Source of the DNA: a virus
Lineage: Duplodnaviria; Caudoviricetes
Length of the DNA stretch: 64,000 nt
Virus record (IMG/VR): IMGVR_UViG_3300037851_000542
Location: 128,001 to 192,000 of that record
Strand: one strand, 5' to 3'
The notes beneath the pieces are model-generated. The model made no database searches and was not told the DNA's origin. It saw only the letters and a list, made by a program, of their open reading frames with translations. Made by a program: the position numbers and the translations under genes. This document shows, one piece after another, positions 19,714 through 30,380 of this stretch (positions are counted from its first letter, which is position 1; every line of letters starts with the position of its first letter).

Positions 19714-19717
19714 TAAA

Positions 19718-19900
19718 TCAAATGAAATATTTTATTTTATTAAGTAATGTCATTTTATCTTTATACTTCCTTAAAAGGTCTTGCTCTTCCCAAGATCCAT
19801 TTAATATCTTTGAAAATCCAAAGTCATCACTATAAGGTTTTTTAAAAAAATAAGATTTTTTTAAATCATAATAAACTTTGCCATCTATAAGTACATTCAT
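19718..19900 (-). CDS. Small hypothetical protein
   Basis: 60 aa, tightly packed in operon. Confidence 0.6.
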   Translation of the reverse strand: MNVLIDGKVYYDLKKSYFFKKPYSDDFGFSKILNGSWEEQDLLRKYKDKMTLLNKIKYFI

Positions 19901-20161
19901 CTAAACACCTATTAAACCTATTGCGTTTAATTTAACAATTAACTCTTTAGTGTTGTAGTAATTTTCTATTATCTCATATCCTTTAATACGTGCGGCGGAT
20001 AAAGATTCAACATTAACAATTAAAGATCCATCTTTATATATAACATCTTCTTTTAGATGTGAGTAATCTTTACCTTTTTCTGTTTTACCGAATGCATCTA
20101 ATTCCTCTACACCATTGATCTCATAATGATGGGGACTGATTATTAGCCTATATAACGGCAT
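19901..20161 (-). CDS. Small hypothetical protein
   Basis: 86 aa, abuts next gene. Confidence 0.7.
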   Translation of the reverse strand: MPLYRLIISPHHYEINGVEELDAFGKTEKGKDYSHLKEDVIYKDGSLIVNVESLSAARIKGYEIIENYYNTKELIVKLNAIGLIGV

Positions 20162-20179
20162 AGCACTATTAGAACTCTA

Positions 20180-20518
20180 TTAATCAATTAAAGTATTTTC
20201 GTATTCTTTTAATTTAACCATTACTTCCTCTGGGTAATCATACCCAATATTAAGAATACCATAAAAAGATATTACGGGCAAACTATAAGATACTACTATC
20301 CTATCAAGCTGTTGTAGTATAGTAATTAAATCTCTTAATGCTCTGGAAAATTCAATTTCTGGTATATCATTATACTTGCATATATAACTTACTTTATTGT
20401 GCGCCTTTTTAATTTTATTTAACAGGCTTCTAGATAAGGTATATCTTCTATGGAACTTACGTTGATAATTTTTAATTTCACCTAATACAAAAAGTAACTG
20501 TTCTTTATTTGTTGGCAT
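20180..20518 (-). CDS. Hypothetical protein
   Basis: 112 aa. Confidence 0.7.
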   Translation of the reverse strand: MPTNKEQLLFVLGEIKNYQRKFHRRYTLSRSLLNKIKKAHNKVSYICKYNDIPEIEFSRALRDLITILQQLDRIVVSYSLPVISFYGILNIGYDYPEEVMVKLKEYENTLID

Positions 20519-20524
20519 TTTAAT

Positions 20525-20937
20525 TTAAATTAAATATTTAGTTGTAGCTTTAAAAAAGTAATCACCCTTGATACAAACCACCTCTAAAAATGGGTTATAG
20601 TTTTTACTTTTCTTATTAACATAGTTCATATCTAATTTATATTCTCTTTGCTCTCCTTGTTTAAAACTCCAGTCATCGAATAAGCTAGCCTGAACTAAAA
20701 GTGCTTGTATTTTAGATTTACATAGAAGCTTTTGATTAACAATGTGATCTATTTCTTTTCCGTTGTATTTCTCACCCGCATACTTTATTTTTACACAACC
20801 AGTCCAAATTTGATTATATTTAACTGGATCTAGTTGTATAACTTTTCCATACCTTAGAGATGCAAAACTAACCTGATACTGTTCTCCACACCCGTGTAAT
20901 GGTGTAATGGTGTAATGGTGTAATTAGACCTACACAT
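20525..20937 (-). pseudogene. Frameshifted ORF (134 aa if one 8-bp repeat unit is removed); not in ORF track
   Basis: Open frame of over 120 codons (LHGCGEQYQVSF...KGDYFFKATTKYLI*) ends 6 nt before the next gene and has no ATG/GTG/TTG near its 5' end; ATG at 20937 is out of frame by one repeat unit. Confidence 0.55.
20894..20924. repeat. Octanucleotide tandem repeat (GGTGTAAT) x ~3.9
   Basis: GTGTAAT GGTGTAAT GGTGTAAT GGTGTAAT read directly. Confidence 0.97.
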
Positions 20938-21064
20938 GCTTTTGTTATGAATCAGAAATCTATTGTCTAACAATAACCACAATTAGCACAGAAACATCTA
21001 GAAATATCCTATTGTTTATAGTTTACAGGCTTGTATAAACTATCGGCACCAATATAAAAAGACT

Positions 21065-22951
21065 TTAGAGAATTTTATACCAGACAAATTTAATTTTACC
21101 AGAATCCCAAATTATTCTATAACTAGTGTTTTTTAGAACATTTTCAATTTCAGTTTTATTAAGATCATAACCCTCACCAAACAAATTAGGTAGTTGCTTT
21201 TTTTGATACTTTCTTCGATTTATTAATTTCTTTTTATCTGTATAGGAAAATCTAGGTGCTACTCTTCCAGCCTCTGCAAATCCTAAAATTTTATAAATAT
21301 TTCCTATGGAATAGTTCAAATCAGCAAATGTAACGACGGTAGTTGGATTAAAACCTTTTACAAAGCCTTTAAATAGTTTTGAGGCTCCGCCCAATATCTG
21401 ATAAAAACATAGGGATGCATATCTTACTAATTCATACTCACTGTCCTTTAATTTCTTAAAAGACATACAGGAGACTATTTTATTTTCAAAGTATAAGCCT
21501 AAATGTATATCCGCTTGTGCAAATCCGTACAAATGATTATTATTATAAAATTCTTTTACACTACTTATATCTGATTTAGGTATTATTGATAATGTTGTTT
21601 TTCTAGCATAAATTTTATTTTTAAAACCTAATAGCTTACCTTCTAAAATAGATTTCCAGATATTTTGCTTAATGTTGTCTTTCCATTGTAACTCTAAAAT
21701 ATGAAGCAGTTGAATATTATTATTTAAACAAGCTTTAGTTTTGTAATAATGTTTTAACTTTTCATTTTTATTTGGAATTTCTCTGTAGGAATGCCAATAT
21801 ATACCATTAACTTCTATTGCTAGTTTTTTACTAGGTATAAAAATATCTAACTCTATACCTTTTAACTCTGAACGGTCTCTGCTTTTTATAGAAACACCTA
21901 AAGTAGATATATACTTAGATATCTGTTTTTCTAGAAAAGAAGATTGAAAGTAACAAGTTTGTAAATTAAATTCCTTAAAAGATTTATTAATTATTGCAGA
22001 ATCTAAATTTAAAATAGATGCAATTTCATCTTGTGATCTTTTTAATTTATAATGCTGTATTTCCAACCATTTCTTAAATTTTACTTTATTTTGTCTAAAA
22101 CTTATAATCTTAGGGTTTAAGTGACTTTGTTGAAAGTTATCCCTATTATATTTTTTTCTACATGTTATTAAGTACTTTTGATAGCTAGATTTCGCATTAG
22201 CTGTTGCAGTTACACGAGCACGCTCTTTTTGTTCAGGTCGCTGACTTGGATTAGAGTAATTATATTTTTTTAAACAAGTAGTCCTTCTTTTAGAAACTAT
22301 ATTTTTTATCTCTAGTTCACTCTTTTTTGCCCAAGAATTTTTAATTTTATTTATAATTTTATTAGAATCTTTTTTCCATACCTCTTTACGCCTTACTTTA
22401 ATTTTTGGTAAACTTAGTGCACACTCTACTCCGTATTTCTTTAAATTTGTTATTTTTACTTTTTCTTGAATAGCCTGCGAGCATAAAGGCGCGTGACCAC
22501 CATACCTTTCCAAATTGGTTTTATTTATTTTTTTTCTAGTTTCTTCTTTTACTAAATTGATTTTTTTGACTTTTTCTGCTGCGATTTCTGGAACAAGCCA
22601 GTGATGTTTAACTCCGTACTTTTTTAAACAATTGTCTTCTTTTACAGACTGAACGTGTTTAACATTAAATGTACATTTTGTGGAGCAAAACTTACCATAG
22701 ACTTTTTGACCGACATGCCACTTTAAATAGGATCCACATTCACATTTAGGATAATCTGTTAAATTATTTAAAATACACCATAGCCTAATTAGAAGTATTT
22801 CATTAGATTTTAAAAACCTAGTGGCGTTAAGAATTGCATTATACTCTTGTGGGTAATTCTTTAATAGATAATCATACCGGGTTCTGCCTTTTAGGTATTT
22901 TCCTGTAGACTTATCTAATAGCTGCGATTGTATAAAATCTTTAATTGTCAT
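21065..22951 (-). mobile_element. Free-standing Hef-like homing endonuclease (PD-(D/E)XK/Vsr-like core, DUF7487-like repeats, C-terminal acetyltransferase-like domain)
   Basis: Zn finger CECG...FCSTKC; repeated T.L.KYGV; ELDIFIPSKKLAIEVNGIYWHS; KIYARK...GGASKLFK...TFADL...GNIYKILGF; very Lys-rich. Confidence 0.85.
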
Positions 22952-23049
22952 TAAATTGGTTCTTAGTGTATTAAATATTAATTATTTCAATATAAAATAC
23001 ACTAATTTTATAGGACTTACAAGAACAATCGAAAGATAATGTCTACTTT

Positions 23050-24585
23050 TTAACTAAAATCAAAAAACATCCTGTACACAATTGTAGAGTTTGCTCCAGT
23101 TTCGCTTGCACCAAGCTTAATTGCTGTGTAAATATAGTCGCTTATCATTTCACCTTTAGCAACTCCAATTACTTCAGAGGCTGAAGCAGTGTTAACTTCA
23201 GATAGATTGTCCTCAGTTGTTGCTAAATAAGCAGGAGGGGTGTCTGAAGCTAGGTCCGTAGAGCCGTCTACTCCAGTCTTCCATTGGCTACCGTTAGAAG
23301 AAGGGGTACCTTCTCCTACATTACCAAAGGCAAACTTTGTATCACTATTGCCTGCAAAGTGGTGTTGAGCAGATCCGTGTGAATTTAATCCGAACTTCGT
23401 ATTTGAGAGCTTAGTAGCTCCTGAAATTAGTTCAAACCAAACAGCAGCTGTTGGGGAGTAAGTAGATACGGTGACAGAACCAAAGTTTAAAGTTGTGCCC
23501 CCTAAAACTGAAGGTTGAACTTGTGAGGCAATAATAGTAAATTTATCTCTAGCTGTTAATGAGCCTGAGTTACTAAATGCTATAGTTAATCCTGAATTAC
23601 CAATTGCTGTTCCAGTAGTTTGAGTCGTAACAGGAGTTGTTACTTTATTTTCTCTCATAGCTGAAACTGTATACTGGGCTGAACCTACTGCAGCTGCTGC
23701 ATTTAATCCTTGAGCATATTGTACTGCTGAGCAAGTTATAGAAATAGTATCTCCATTACCAAAAGGAGAATCTGAAAACTTAACTCTTAATCCTTTTGTA
23801 CCAATCTCATAGTAGTAATCTGAATATAACAAATCAGTTTGAGTTGCAACGTTATCACCTAATGTACTTGTAACTGTAAACCTTGGAACATTTCCAGAGC
23901 CTGCATTTAATACAGCACCGTTAGTAGTATCCATTGTCATTGTATAAGTTTCATTAGACGTATGATTCCAAAAACCGTTAGTAGTTACTGCACCGGCATA
24001 AGTTCCAGAAACTACAGCTGAACCTATAGGATGACCCGTAGAAATTAAAACTTGATAGATCTCTGAAAACTGCCCAACATAAGTACCCCCTACTGTAACT
24101 GCCCCTGTATAAGCTCCGTTGTTAGTAGTTGCCGCTCCAGCAACAGTAGATGTATTTACTGGTCCTCCCGGTGCGTCTGCCATACCTAGTAGATGTAAAC
24201 AGTTGTTTCCACCAAGACCAACGGAAGCCTGAGAGCTAGTTCCTAATTTACCTGAGTAGATTCTAACTTTATTATTTATATATCTGCAGCTAAAATAATC
24301 GTATTGGGTTCCTACTAATTGTTTAGCTTTAAACTCTATTTCTCTACAGACCATTCTAATATCTAAATTAGCACCAGGTGTTAAAGTGATTTGTTGTGAC
24401 GAGTTACCATCTAGTGCAATGGTCATTTGATCTGATATACCAGCTGAAATGGTAATAACAGGGGCAGCTACATATGTACCTTGAACATAACCATAGGTTC
24501 CAGTTCCAGATATACCTGTAGTAGGCTCTGCTGTGTATGAGGTTTCTGCATCTGCATCAAAAAATACCCATCTTGCTGTTACCAT
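23050..24585 (-). CDS. Tail-associated virion protein (Thr/Gly/Ser-rich)
   Basis: Repeated all-beta modules; shares a domain with 14579..15493. Confidence 0.6.
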   Translation of the reverse strand: MVTARWVFFDADAETSYTAEPTTGISGTGTYGYVQGTYVAAPVITISAGISDQMTIALDGNSSQQITLTPGANLDIRMVCREIEFKAKQLVGTQYDYFSCRYINNKVRIYSGKLGTSSQASVGLGGNNCLHLLGMADAPGGPVNTSTVAGAATTNNGAYTGAVTVGGTYVGQFSEIYQVLISTGHPIGSAVVSGTYAGAVTTNGFWNHTSNETYTMTMDTTNGAVLNAGSGNVPRFTVTSTLGDNVATQTDLLYSDYYYEIGTKGLRVKFSDSPFGNGDTISITCSAVQYAQGLNAAAAVGSAQYTVSAMRENKVTTPVTTQTTGTAIGNSGLTIAFSNSGSLTARDKFTIIASQVQPSVLGGTTLNFGSVTVSTYSPTAAVWFELISGATKLSNTKFGLNSHGSAQHHFAGNSDTKFAFGNVGEGTPSSNGSQWKTGVDGSTDLASDTPPAYLATTEDNLSEVNTASASEVIGVAKGEMISDYIYTAIKLGASETGANSTIVYRMFFDFS

Positions 24586-24612
24586 TTGTTATGTACCTCT
24601 ATCTGCTCAAAA

Positions 24613-24897
24613 TTAATTATAAATTGTAACCCTAAATTTGCCGGAATAAGTAAACACATTGGGCTTATATACACATATGCAATTAATGTCCTGACAATCT
24701 CTCATATAAGGTCCTGGTAAATTAATGCCATTTTCATCCTTTAAAGCCGGAATTCCAACAGTAACACCTTCGTCAGTGCTGCATTCTAAAGATATAACTT
24801 TAGGACAATAACCTAAGTTATGATGAACTTCTACTGGTACCGTCTCATTTCCAGAAAAATTTAACCAAGCTGATTGAAAAACAACATTTACTGACAT
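24613..24897 (-). CDS. Small virion accessory protein
   Basis: VEVHHNLGYCPKV motif typical of small fibre-associated beta domains. Confidence 0.45.
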   Translation of the reverse strand: MSVNVVFQSAWLNFSGNETVPVEVHHNLGYCPKVISLECSTDEGVTVGIPALKDENGINLPGPYMRDCQDINCICVYKPNVFTYSGKFRVTIYN

Positions 24898-24949
24898 ACA
24901 GGCTGTCCTCTTTAGGTTATAATAATACTATAACTGTAAAATAGTACAA

Positions 24950-26998
24950 CTAGCCATTATTATCTTCTGATTCTATAGTAAAGCTCCAACTAAATTCTAA
25001 TTTATTACCCGCAAAATCTTGTGCTTCTAGTACTAAGTTCATAGTCTTTCCATATTCAAAGAATGGATTATTAGACTCTATATAGCCTGATAATGTCATA
25101 GAATTAAATCCTTCTCCTACTATTTCTGCACTTAAGTCATAATTTGGAAAAGGTACAGTATATAAATTTGTAGAATAGTTTGAATATTTAGGTATACAGG
25201 ATCGATTTGTAGTTAAAAAATCTACATCTATAATACTTTCATATGGTAATTTAACTCCTGATACACATACTTCATATCCCCACAGTAATTCTCTGCTAAA
25301 ATTTCTAAATACAAACTCAGTTCTTGGTGTGTAAGTTGCATTTAAATCTATTAAATCTTTTGAACTTGTGATGCTTGCTATTAAATCTAGTAGAAATATA
25401 TTAGGTATAATTTCCGCTGTCAAATCGTAATTACCTCCTGGTTCAAGTCCAACAATTTGAGCATTTAAATCAAACTGAGATCCTAGTGGTAGTTCTAATC
25501 CTTCTGCCTGTATATAAAAATTTAGCAAGGTGGACATTTCATAATCTGGATTTAATTGAAAATAAACCCTATAATAGGAATCTGATCCTGATATTGGTAC
25601 AAAAGTACTTGGTATAATTTGCCCATTCTTTATAACTCTTGATTCTGGTCTAGCTATTCCAGTTCCTGAGGTGTTTATATAGTCTACAAAGAATTGGGTT
25701 GGGGTTTCTGAGTTATATAAATCTGCCACATCAAAGGGTATAAAGTTATCTTCTGAGAATATGTGTAATCCTGATACTACTAAATATGAGTTAACTTCTG
25801 TTGTAAAATTAAATGACCCCGAAAATGTATTTGATGGATTAAATAGGTCTCCTACACTTATGTCAACATTTACTAATTGACCAAATTCTAAAAACGCATT
25901 GGGTTTTATAATAACCTCTAGTTCTCTGTTATCAGGTGAGCTGTTAAACTCATAAGTAGCATATGTTGTGTTTAAGTCTAGTCCAGATACTACAACTTCT
26001 GAATCTACACTTATTTTTAGAGTATTTATATCTATTCCTGTATGATCATCTTTAATATTAAAAACTATGTTAGTATTTACGTTATTACCTGTTGATAGGT
26101 TTACAGGGTAGGTATCTACTATATAAGGTGCATTTATATCTGGTGCGCCCGAAATAATTACAAGTAAGTCCTCTGTATCCCACACACCATAACTATAAAA
26201 GAATGATCCACTGTTACTTAAAACATCTATTGCACTTCCTGATACAATTACCTCTGAACCAAAAGGAAATCCACTCGGATTAGTGTATAAAAAATCAAAC
26301 TCCCTTAAACTTACCTGAGTTAAAAAAGTATTTGGATGAATAATATTCCCATTTTGTATAAACTGTGTACTATTAATGAAAATATTTATAGAGGAAGTTG
26401 TTATACTTGTTGTAGCATTGTCCTGTATTCTGAAGTACAAGTCCTGAAAAGGATCATTCATAAAAGATCCAGATATAGGGCTTGTATTGATTATAGCAGG
26501 AGGTAAGTCGTCTATTTGAGTAAGCTGACCTGTTGTAGTAATAGAATTTGGCGCGGTGAGTGTAAAGCTAACAGCTTCTCTTATTTTTGAACTTACTGGA
26601 CCGTTGTACTCTAATAAATTAGGACTATTAAGGGCTACTACACTGTAAGCATAAAGTAAATCTAATGTGGTTTTAGTAACCTTCTCTTCTTCTAAGCTTA
26701 TTAAAAAAGATCCTTGTACTAAATCTGGGCTTTGAAGATTAAGTATATTACTTGATACTTTTTCGGAACCTATAAATAAGGTTTGGTCAGTTACTACATC
26801 ATTTAAGGTCAATAAAGAAAAAAGATTATTATTTGTAGTTTTATTTATTACATTAAGTGTAGTAGTTGAGTTTATATTAACATCCTCTAAAGTAAACTGA
26901 GAATTATTTACCTCACTTTTGGGACTTACACCGCAAGATATAAAAGACCTTACTAAAGGAAACCCAATACTAAACTGGGTAGAAGTTACAATCGGCAT
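24950..26998 (-). CDS. Baseplate/tail protein with Ig-like repeats
   Basis: PPAIINTSP..., APYIVDTYP...IKDDHTGIDINTLKISVD Ig-like modules; DL.A.I repeats; 12 SG. Confidence 0.6.
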   Translation of the reverse strand: MPIVTSTQFSIGFPLVRSFISCGVSPKSEVNNSQFTLEDVNINSTTTLNVINKTTNNNLFSLLTLNDVVTDQTLFIGSEKVSSNILNLQSPDLVQGSFLISLEEEKVTKTTLDLLYAYSVVALNSPNLLEYNGPVSSKIREAVSFTLTAPNSITTTGQLTQIDDLPPAIINTSPISGSFMNDPFQDLYFRIQDNATTSITTSSINIFINSTQFIQNGNIIHPNTFLTQVSLREFDFLYTNPSGFPFGSEVIVSGSAIDVLSNSGSFFYSYGVWDTEDLLVIISGAPDINAPYIVDTYPVNLSTGNNVNTNIVFNIKDDHTGIDINTLKISVDSEVVVSGLDLNTTYATYEFNSSPDNRELEVIIKPNAFLEFGQLVNVDISVGDLFNPSNTFSGSFNFTTEVNSYLVVSGLHIFSEDNFIPFDVADLYNSETPTQFFVDYINTSGTGIARPESRVIKNGQIIPSTFVPISGSDSYYRVYFQLNPDYEMSTLLNFYIQAEGLELPLGSQFDLNAQIVGLEPGGNYDLTAEIIPNIFLLDLIASITSSKDLIDLNATYTPRTEFVFRNFSRELLWGYEVCVSGVKLPYESIIDVDFLTTNRSCIPKYSNYSTNLYTVPFPNYDLSAEIVGEGFNSMTLSGYIESNNPFFEYGKTMNLVLEAQDFAGNKLEFSWSFTIESEDNNG

Positions 26999-27000
26999 AA

Positions 27001-29280
27001 CTAGTTAGATATTGTACCACGAATGGTAACATTACCAGGTGTAGTACCTACTGAGTAAGTAGTTTGAGATATACCACTAGTGTTTGTATTTGAATTAGCA
27101 GGGTTTATAACTCCATCCCCAAGAGTTATGTCATAGTTAACTGTTATAGCGTTAAGAGGATCCCCCCAAGCACTTATAACTTCAGTTACGACAGTAGAGG
27201 TTTCGGATGTACCTGCTCTAAGGCTAGTATCTAGTAAATTTAATCCTGCAAAAGCTGGTACAGTTTTATCTATACTGTAACTACCTATTCTAAAATTATT
27301 ACCAGATTGGGAAGCTATATATAAAGTGTTATGATCATTGCCGTGCAGGTAAAAAGAACACTTTTCTCCTTTTTCACTCAAGATTACTGATTTGCTATTC
27401 CAAGAAGGAACATCAAGAAAAAGTTGCCTAGTAGATATTGAAGGACTTGATCCTGTTATGGTTAGTGTACCTACTTGAATTTCATTTATGATATCCGAGT
27501 AATCTAAAAACTGTAAGAATCCTCCAAATGTTCTATTAAAACATAAGTCTTGAATAGATCCCGTAAAGAGTCCAGATGATGGATAAATATTTGCATAAGG
27601 GGCAGTATATGTACCTGAAGAAGGAAAAGCATTACCACTTATTGGTATTTTATAAATATCACTATGTATTTTTATATAAGCATTAAATGATTCATCTACT
27701 GCTAAATTAGAGTTTTTACCTACAAGTGTTAGTGCAGAATCTACTATAAAAACTCCTGTATCAGTATACACATCAGACGTAACTTTATATCCTAGATTGT
27801 TTATAATTGTACTTGTGTTTCTAGCTTTAAAATCTATTTCATTAATTTTTATACCTGAAAATCCTATTGCCGGAACATCAGTAGAGAAAGCAATATCTAA
27901 AGCTCCTGTTTGCTGAACTTGTAAACTAAAGTTAGAAAAATATACTGGAGTTGGAAAGAAAGTTCCACTAGGATTGGCTATGTAATAAACATCAGGGTGT
28001 AAGGTAAAATACTTAGATCCGCTTGTTACTGCGTCTGCAAAGTTATATTCAATATTAAAACCACTACTGCCGCTTACTGTTAAATGCGTACCACTAGTAG
28101 TTGTAATCTCTAAATTGCCTTGTCCAGATGTTACTGGTGTAGTTTGATAATAAACTTGAAAATTTAATGGTACTCCTGATCCTGCCGCCGAAAAAAATCT
28201 AGGCTCACTTATATATGTAAATAAGTCATCTACATTGTAGGGTCTTCTAATACCACTAGGACTTAATACTAATCCTGTATTAGTTTTTGAATAGTTTGTA
28301 GAACCTTCATTATGGTATAATATTAGACTTTCTACATAATTTGTATTATCTATGCCTGATATTGTAATATCGATCCAGCCTGTACTAGTTACATCTTTAT
28401 AAAGATTGCTTATAGGTGCTCCTACTCCACTAACTGTATTATGCAAACTAGTAAATCTTAAATCAAAATTATTAAAATAACCAATTCCACCGCCACTTAC
28501 AATAGGACGAGAATTATTAAAATATCCCCCTGAAACTGCCATAGACACTAAATAAGTACCGCTTGTGTTAGTAACAACACCTTCTCTATAAGTTAACGAA
28601 TTGTTTATTGAAGGTTCAGTGCTCCTCTCAGACAAGAAGAGTCCATAGATAGAACTACTAGGAGTAGGAATAGCGCTATAATCTATTGAAGCGGAGCGAT
28701 CATACGTAGAGGGGACTGCTCCGGAAGTTCTAATAATTGCTAGATCCAAACCGTTAGCTGCTGAAACACCGGGAACAGTTTGCGTATTAAAAAAGGTAGG
28801 CGCTCCACTAAAATTAATCCTGCCAAGACTGCTATCAAGGTTGAATACTCCAAATCCTAAAAAAGCAGAATTATTTTGATAAATGCCCCATATAGATTTA
28901 AAACTGTTAAAACCTGATGTAACAAGTGGTTGATTAAAGTCTGGTAAATAAGTACTATTAAATCTTAAATCTTTAATAAAATCATCGTAATAACTACCGT
29001 CTCTGTAAAAGATATCAGTGTCGCTGAAAGTACTAACAAAACTTGCTGAATATAACTTATTGTTCAACTTATCATAAGCTATATCAAACAAGTAAGGTTC
29101 AGATTTAATATAACTTGCTGCGGATAAACCGTTTGTTTGAAAATAGAATAAATTACCGCTAAGTGCTATTAAATTAGCACCTGTGTGTATTACTTTTTTA
29201 GCATTAGTTAATTTGAGATAATTACTATCACCACTAATAGTTGTATCTATAGGTAAAATATCCCCTGGAAGTAATACCAT
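27001..29280 (-). CDS. Putative receptor-binding/tail protein with C-terminal invasin/intimin-type Ig (Big_1-like) domain
   Basis: C-terminal DTSLRAGTSETSTV...WGDPL...NTNTSGISQTTYSVG; paralog of 29280..30380 with a large central insertion; 24 SG. Confidence 0.6.
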   Translation of the reverse strand: MVLLPGDILPIDTTISGDSNYLKLTNAKKVIHTGANLIALSGNLFYFQTNGLSAASYIKSEPYLFDIAYDKLNNKLYSASFVSTFSDTDIFYRDGSYYDDFIKDLRFNSTYLPDFNQPLVTSGFNSFKSIWGIYQNNSAFLGFGVFNLDSSLGRINFSGAPTFFNTQTVPGVSAANGLDLAIIRTSGAVPSTYDRSASIDYSAIPTPSSSIYGLFLSERSTEPSINNSLTYREGVVTNTSGTYLVSMAVSGGYFNNSRPIVSGGGIGYFNNFDLRFTSLHNTVSGVGAPISNLYKDVTSTGWIDITISGIDNTNYVESLILYHNEGSTNYSKTNTGLVLSPSGIRRPYNVDDLFTYISEPRFFSAAGSGVPLNFQVYYQTTPVTSGQGNLEITTTSGTHLTVSGSSGFNIEYNFADAVTSGSKYFTLHPDVYYIANPSGTFFPTPVYFSNFSLQVQQTGALDIAFSTDVPAIGFSGIKINEIDFKARNTSTIINNLGYKVTSDVYTDTGVFIVDSALTLVGKNSNLAVDESFNAYIKIHSDIYKIPISGNAFPSSGTYTAPYANIYPSSGLFTGSIQDLCFNRTFGGFLQFLDYSDIINEIQVGTLTITGSSPSISTRQLFLDVPSWNSKSVILSEKGEKCSFYLHGNDHNTLYIASQSGNNFRIGSYSIDKTVPAFAGLNLLDTSLRAGTSETSTVVTEVISAWGDPLNAITVNYDITLGDGVINPANSNTNTSGISQTTYSVGTTPGNVTIRGTISN

Positions 29281-30380
29281 TAATCAGATACCTCTATTTG
29301 AATTTGCACAGGACCTGCGACAGTACCTGCAGTGTATAAAGATGTTGCTATTCCACTTATATTAGTATTAACGACTAGTGGGTTTAGTACACCATCTCCT
29401 TGTGTTATTAGGAAATTTACTTGTTTATTATTTAAAGGTTCTCCCCATACATTTATGGCACTAGCGTATACATTGGAAGATGCTCCTGTTCCTGCTCTGA
29501 GACTTACATCCTCTAAATTGACGGCGGCAAAACCGGTAGATAACGAATCAACGTTATAACTGGACAGCACTGATCTATTTATTCCGGTATCTGTAGTTAC
29601 GAGATATAATGTATTATGGTCAAGCTCGTTATAAAAAAAGGATGAGTCGGAAGTACCGCTCATTGAGGACCGGTTAGATGTTGAAGCAGGTGCTAAAAAC
29701 AATTGCCTGTCTTTGTAGGTAGGCGAGTTTCCAGAAGTTACTGCCCAGGTCTCCAGTATAACTTCATCTACCGAAGGTTTATATTCAAAAAGCCCTATAA
29801 AGTGTGAATCTTTTCTACTATAAATTAAAGAACCTGCTGACTGATTAATGCCACTAGTTAGTAGGTTTATGTTTAAATCTGACTCAGTATACCCAGATAC
29901 GGACGGAAAAAGAGATCCGGAGGCTGGCAGGTCGTAGATCCCTTGATCTACACGCAGGTATACCTTGGCATAATCTGTTACTACTAGTTCCACTCTAGGT
30001 AGTATACTAGAAAAGTTAGAAGTTAAACCAGATATTACATTTAAATAGTTAAGTACATTGGTTACTACTACTCCTGCTGCAGTTACTTGTTCTACTATTA
30101 CTCCAATAATATTAGAACCACTTGTAGCCGCCCGTGCGGTGTAATACTTATTGTTATTAAAAGCCACGTCAAAAATATAATCATTAGCTGCTATATAGGC
30201 AGCTGTTTGTACACCATTTGTCTGGTAATAATAAAAACTAGGATTTAAGCTAGAAGATAGATCAGCTACAAGATAGTTACTGCCGTCGTGCAGAACTCTC
30301 TTTGCAGTAGTAGGTTTTAAATCTCCGGATGGAAAAGTTACCCCAGTACTTAATGGAATTACGTCGCCTTGAATTAACAT
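29280..30380 (-). CDS. Putative tail protein, beta-rich N-terminus plus Big_1-like domain
   Basis: N- and C-termini align by eye with 27001..29280. Confidence 0.6.
   Translation of the reverse strand: MLIQGDVIPLSTGVTFPSGDLKPTTAKRVLHDGSNYLVADLSSSLNPSFYYYQTNGVQTAAYIAANDYIFDVAFNNNKYYTARAATSGSNIIGVIVEQVTAAGVVVTNVLNYLNVISGLTSNFSSILPRVELVVTDYAKVYLRVDQGIYDLPASGSLFPSVSGYTESDLNINLLTSGINQSAGSLIYSRKDSHFIGLFEYKPSVDEVILETWAVTSGNSPTYKDRQLFLAPASTSNRSSMSGTSDSSFFYNELDHNTLYLVTTDTGINRSVLSSYNVDSLSTGFAAVNLEDVSLRAGTGASSNVYASAINVWGEPLNNKQVNFLITQGDGVLNPLVVNTNISGIATSLYTAGTVAGPVQIQIEVSD

Noticed and set aside
20525-20600. C-terminus EVVCIKGDYFFKATTKYL resembling RNA-ligase terminal motifs
   Set aside because: Resemblance is short, the adenylation KxxG motif is absent and the ORF is too small; not supportable without a profile search.
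23050-24585. Tail sheath protein (myovirus call)
   Set aside because: It has a beta domain of a kind also seen inserted in sheath proteins, but no conserved sheath C-terminal core was recognisable, and its position is far from the tube gene.
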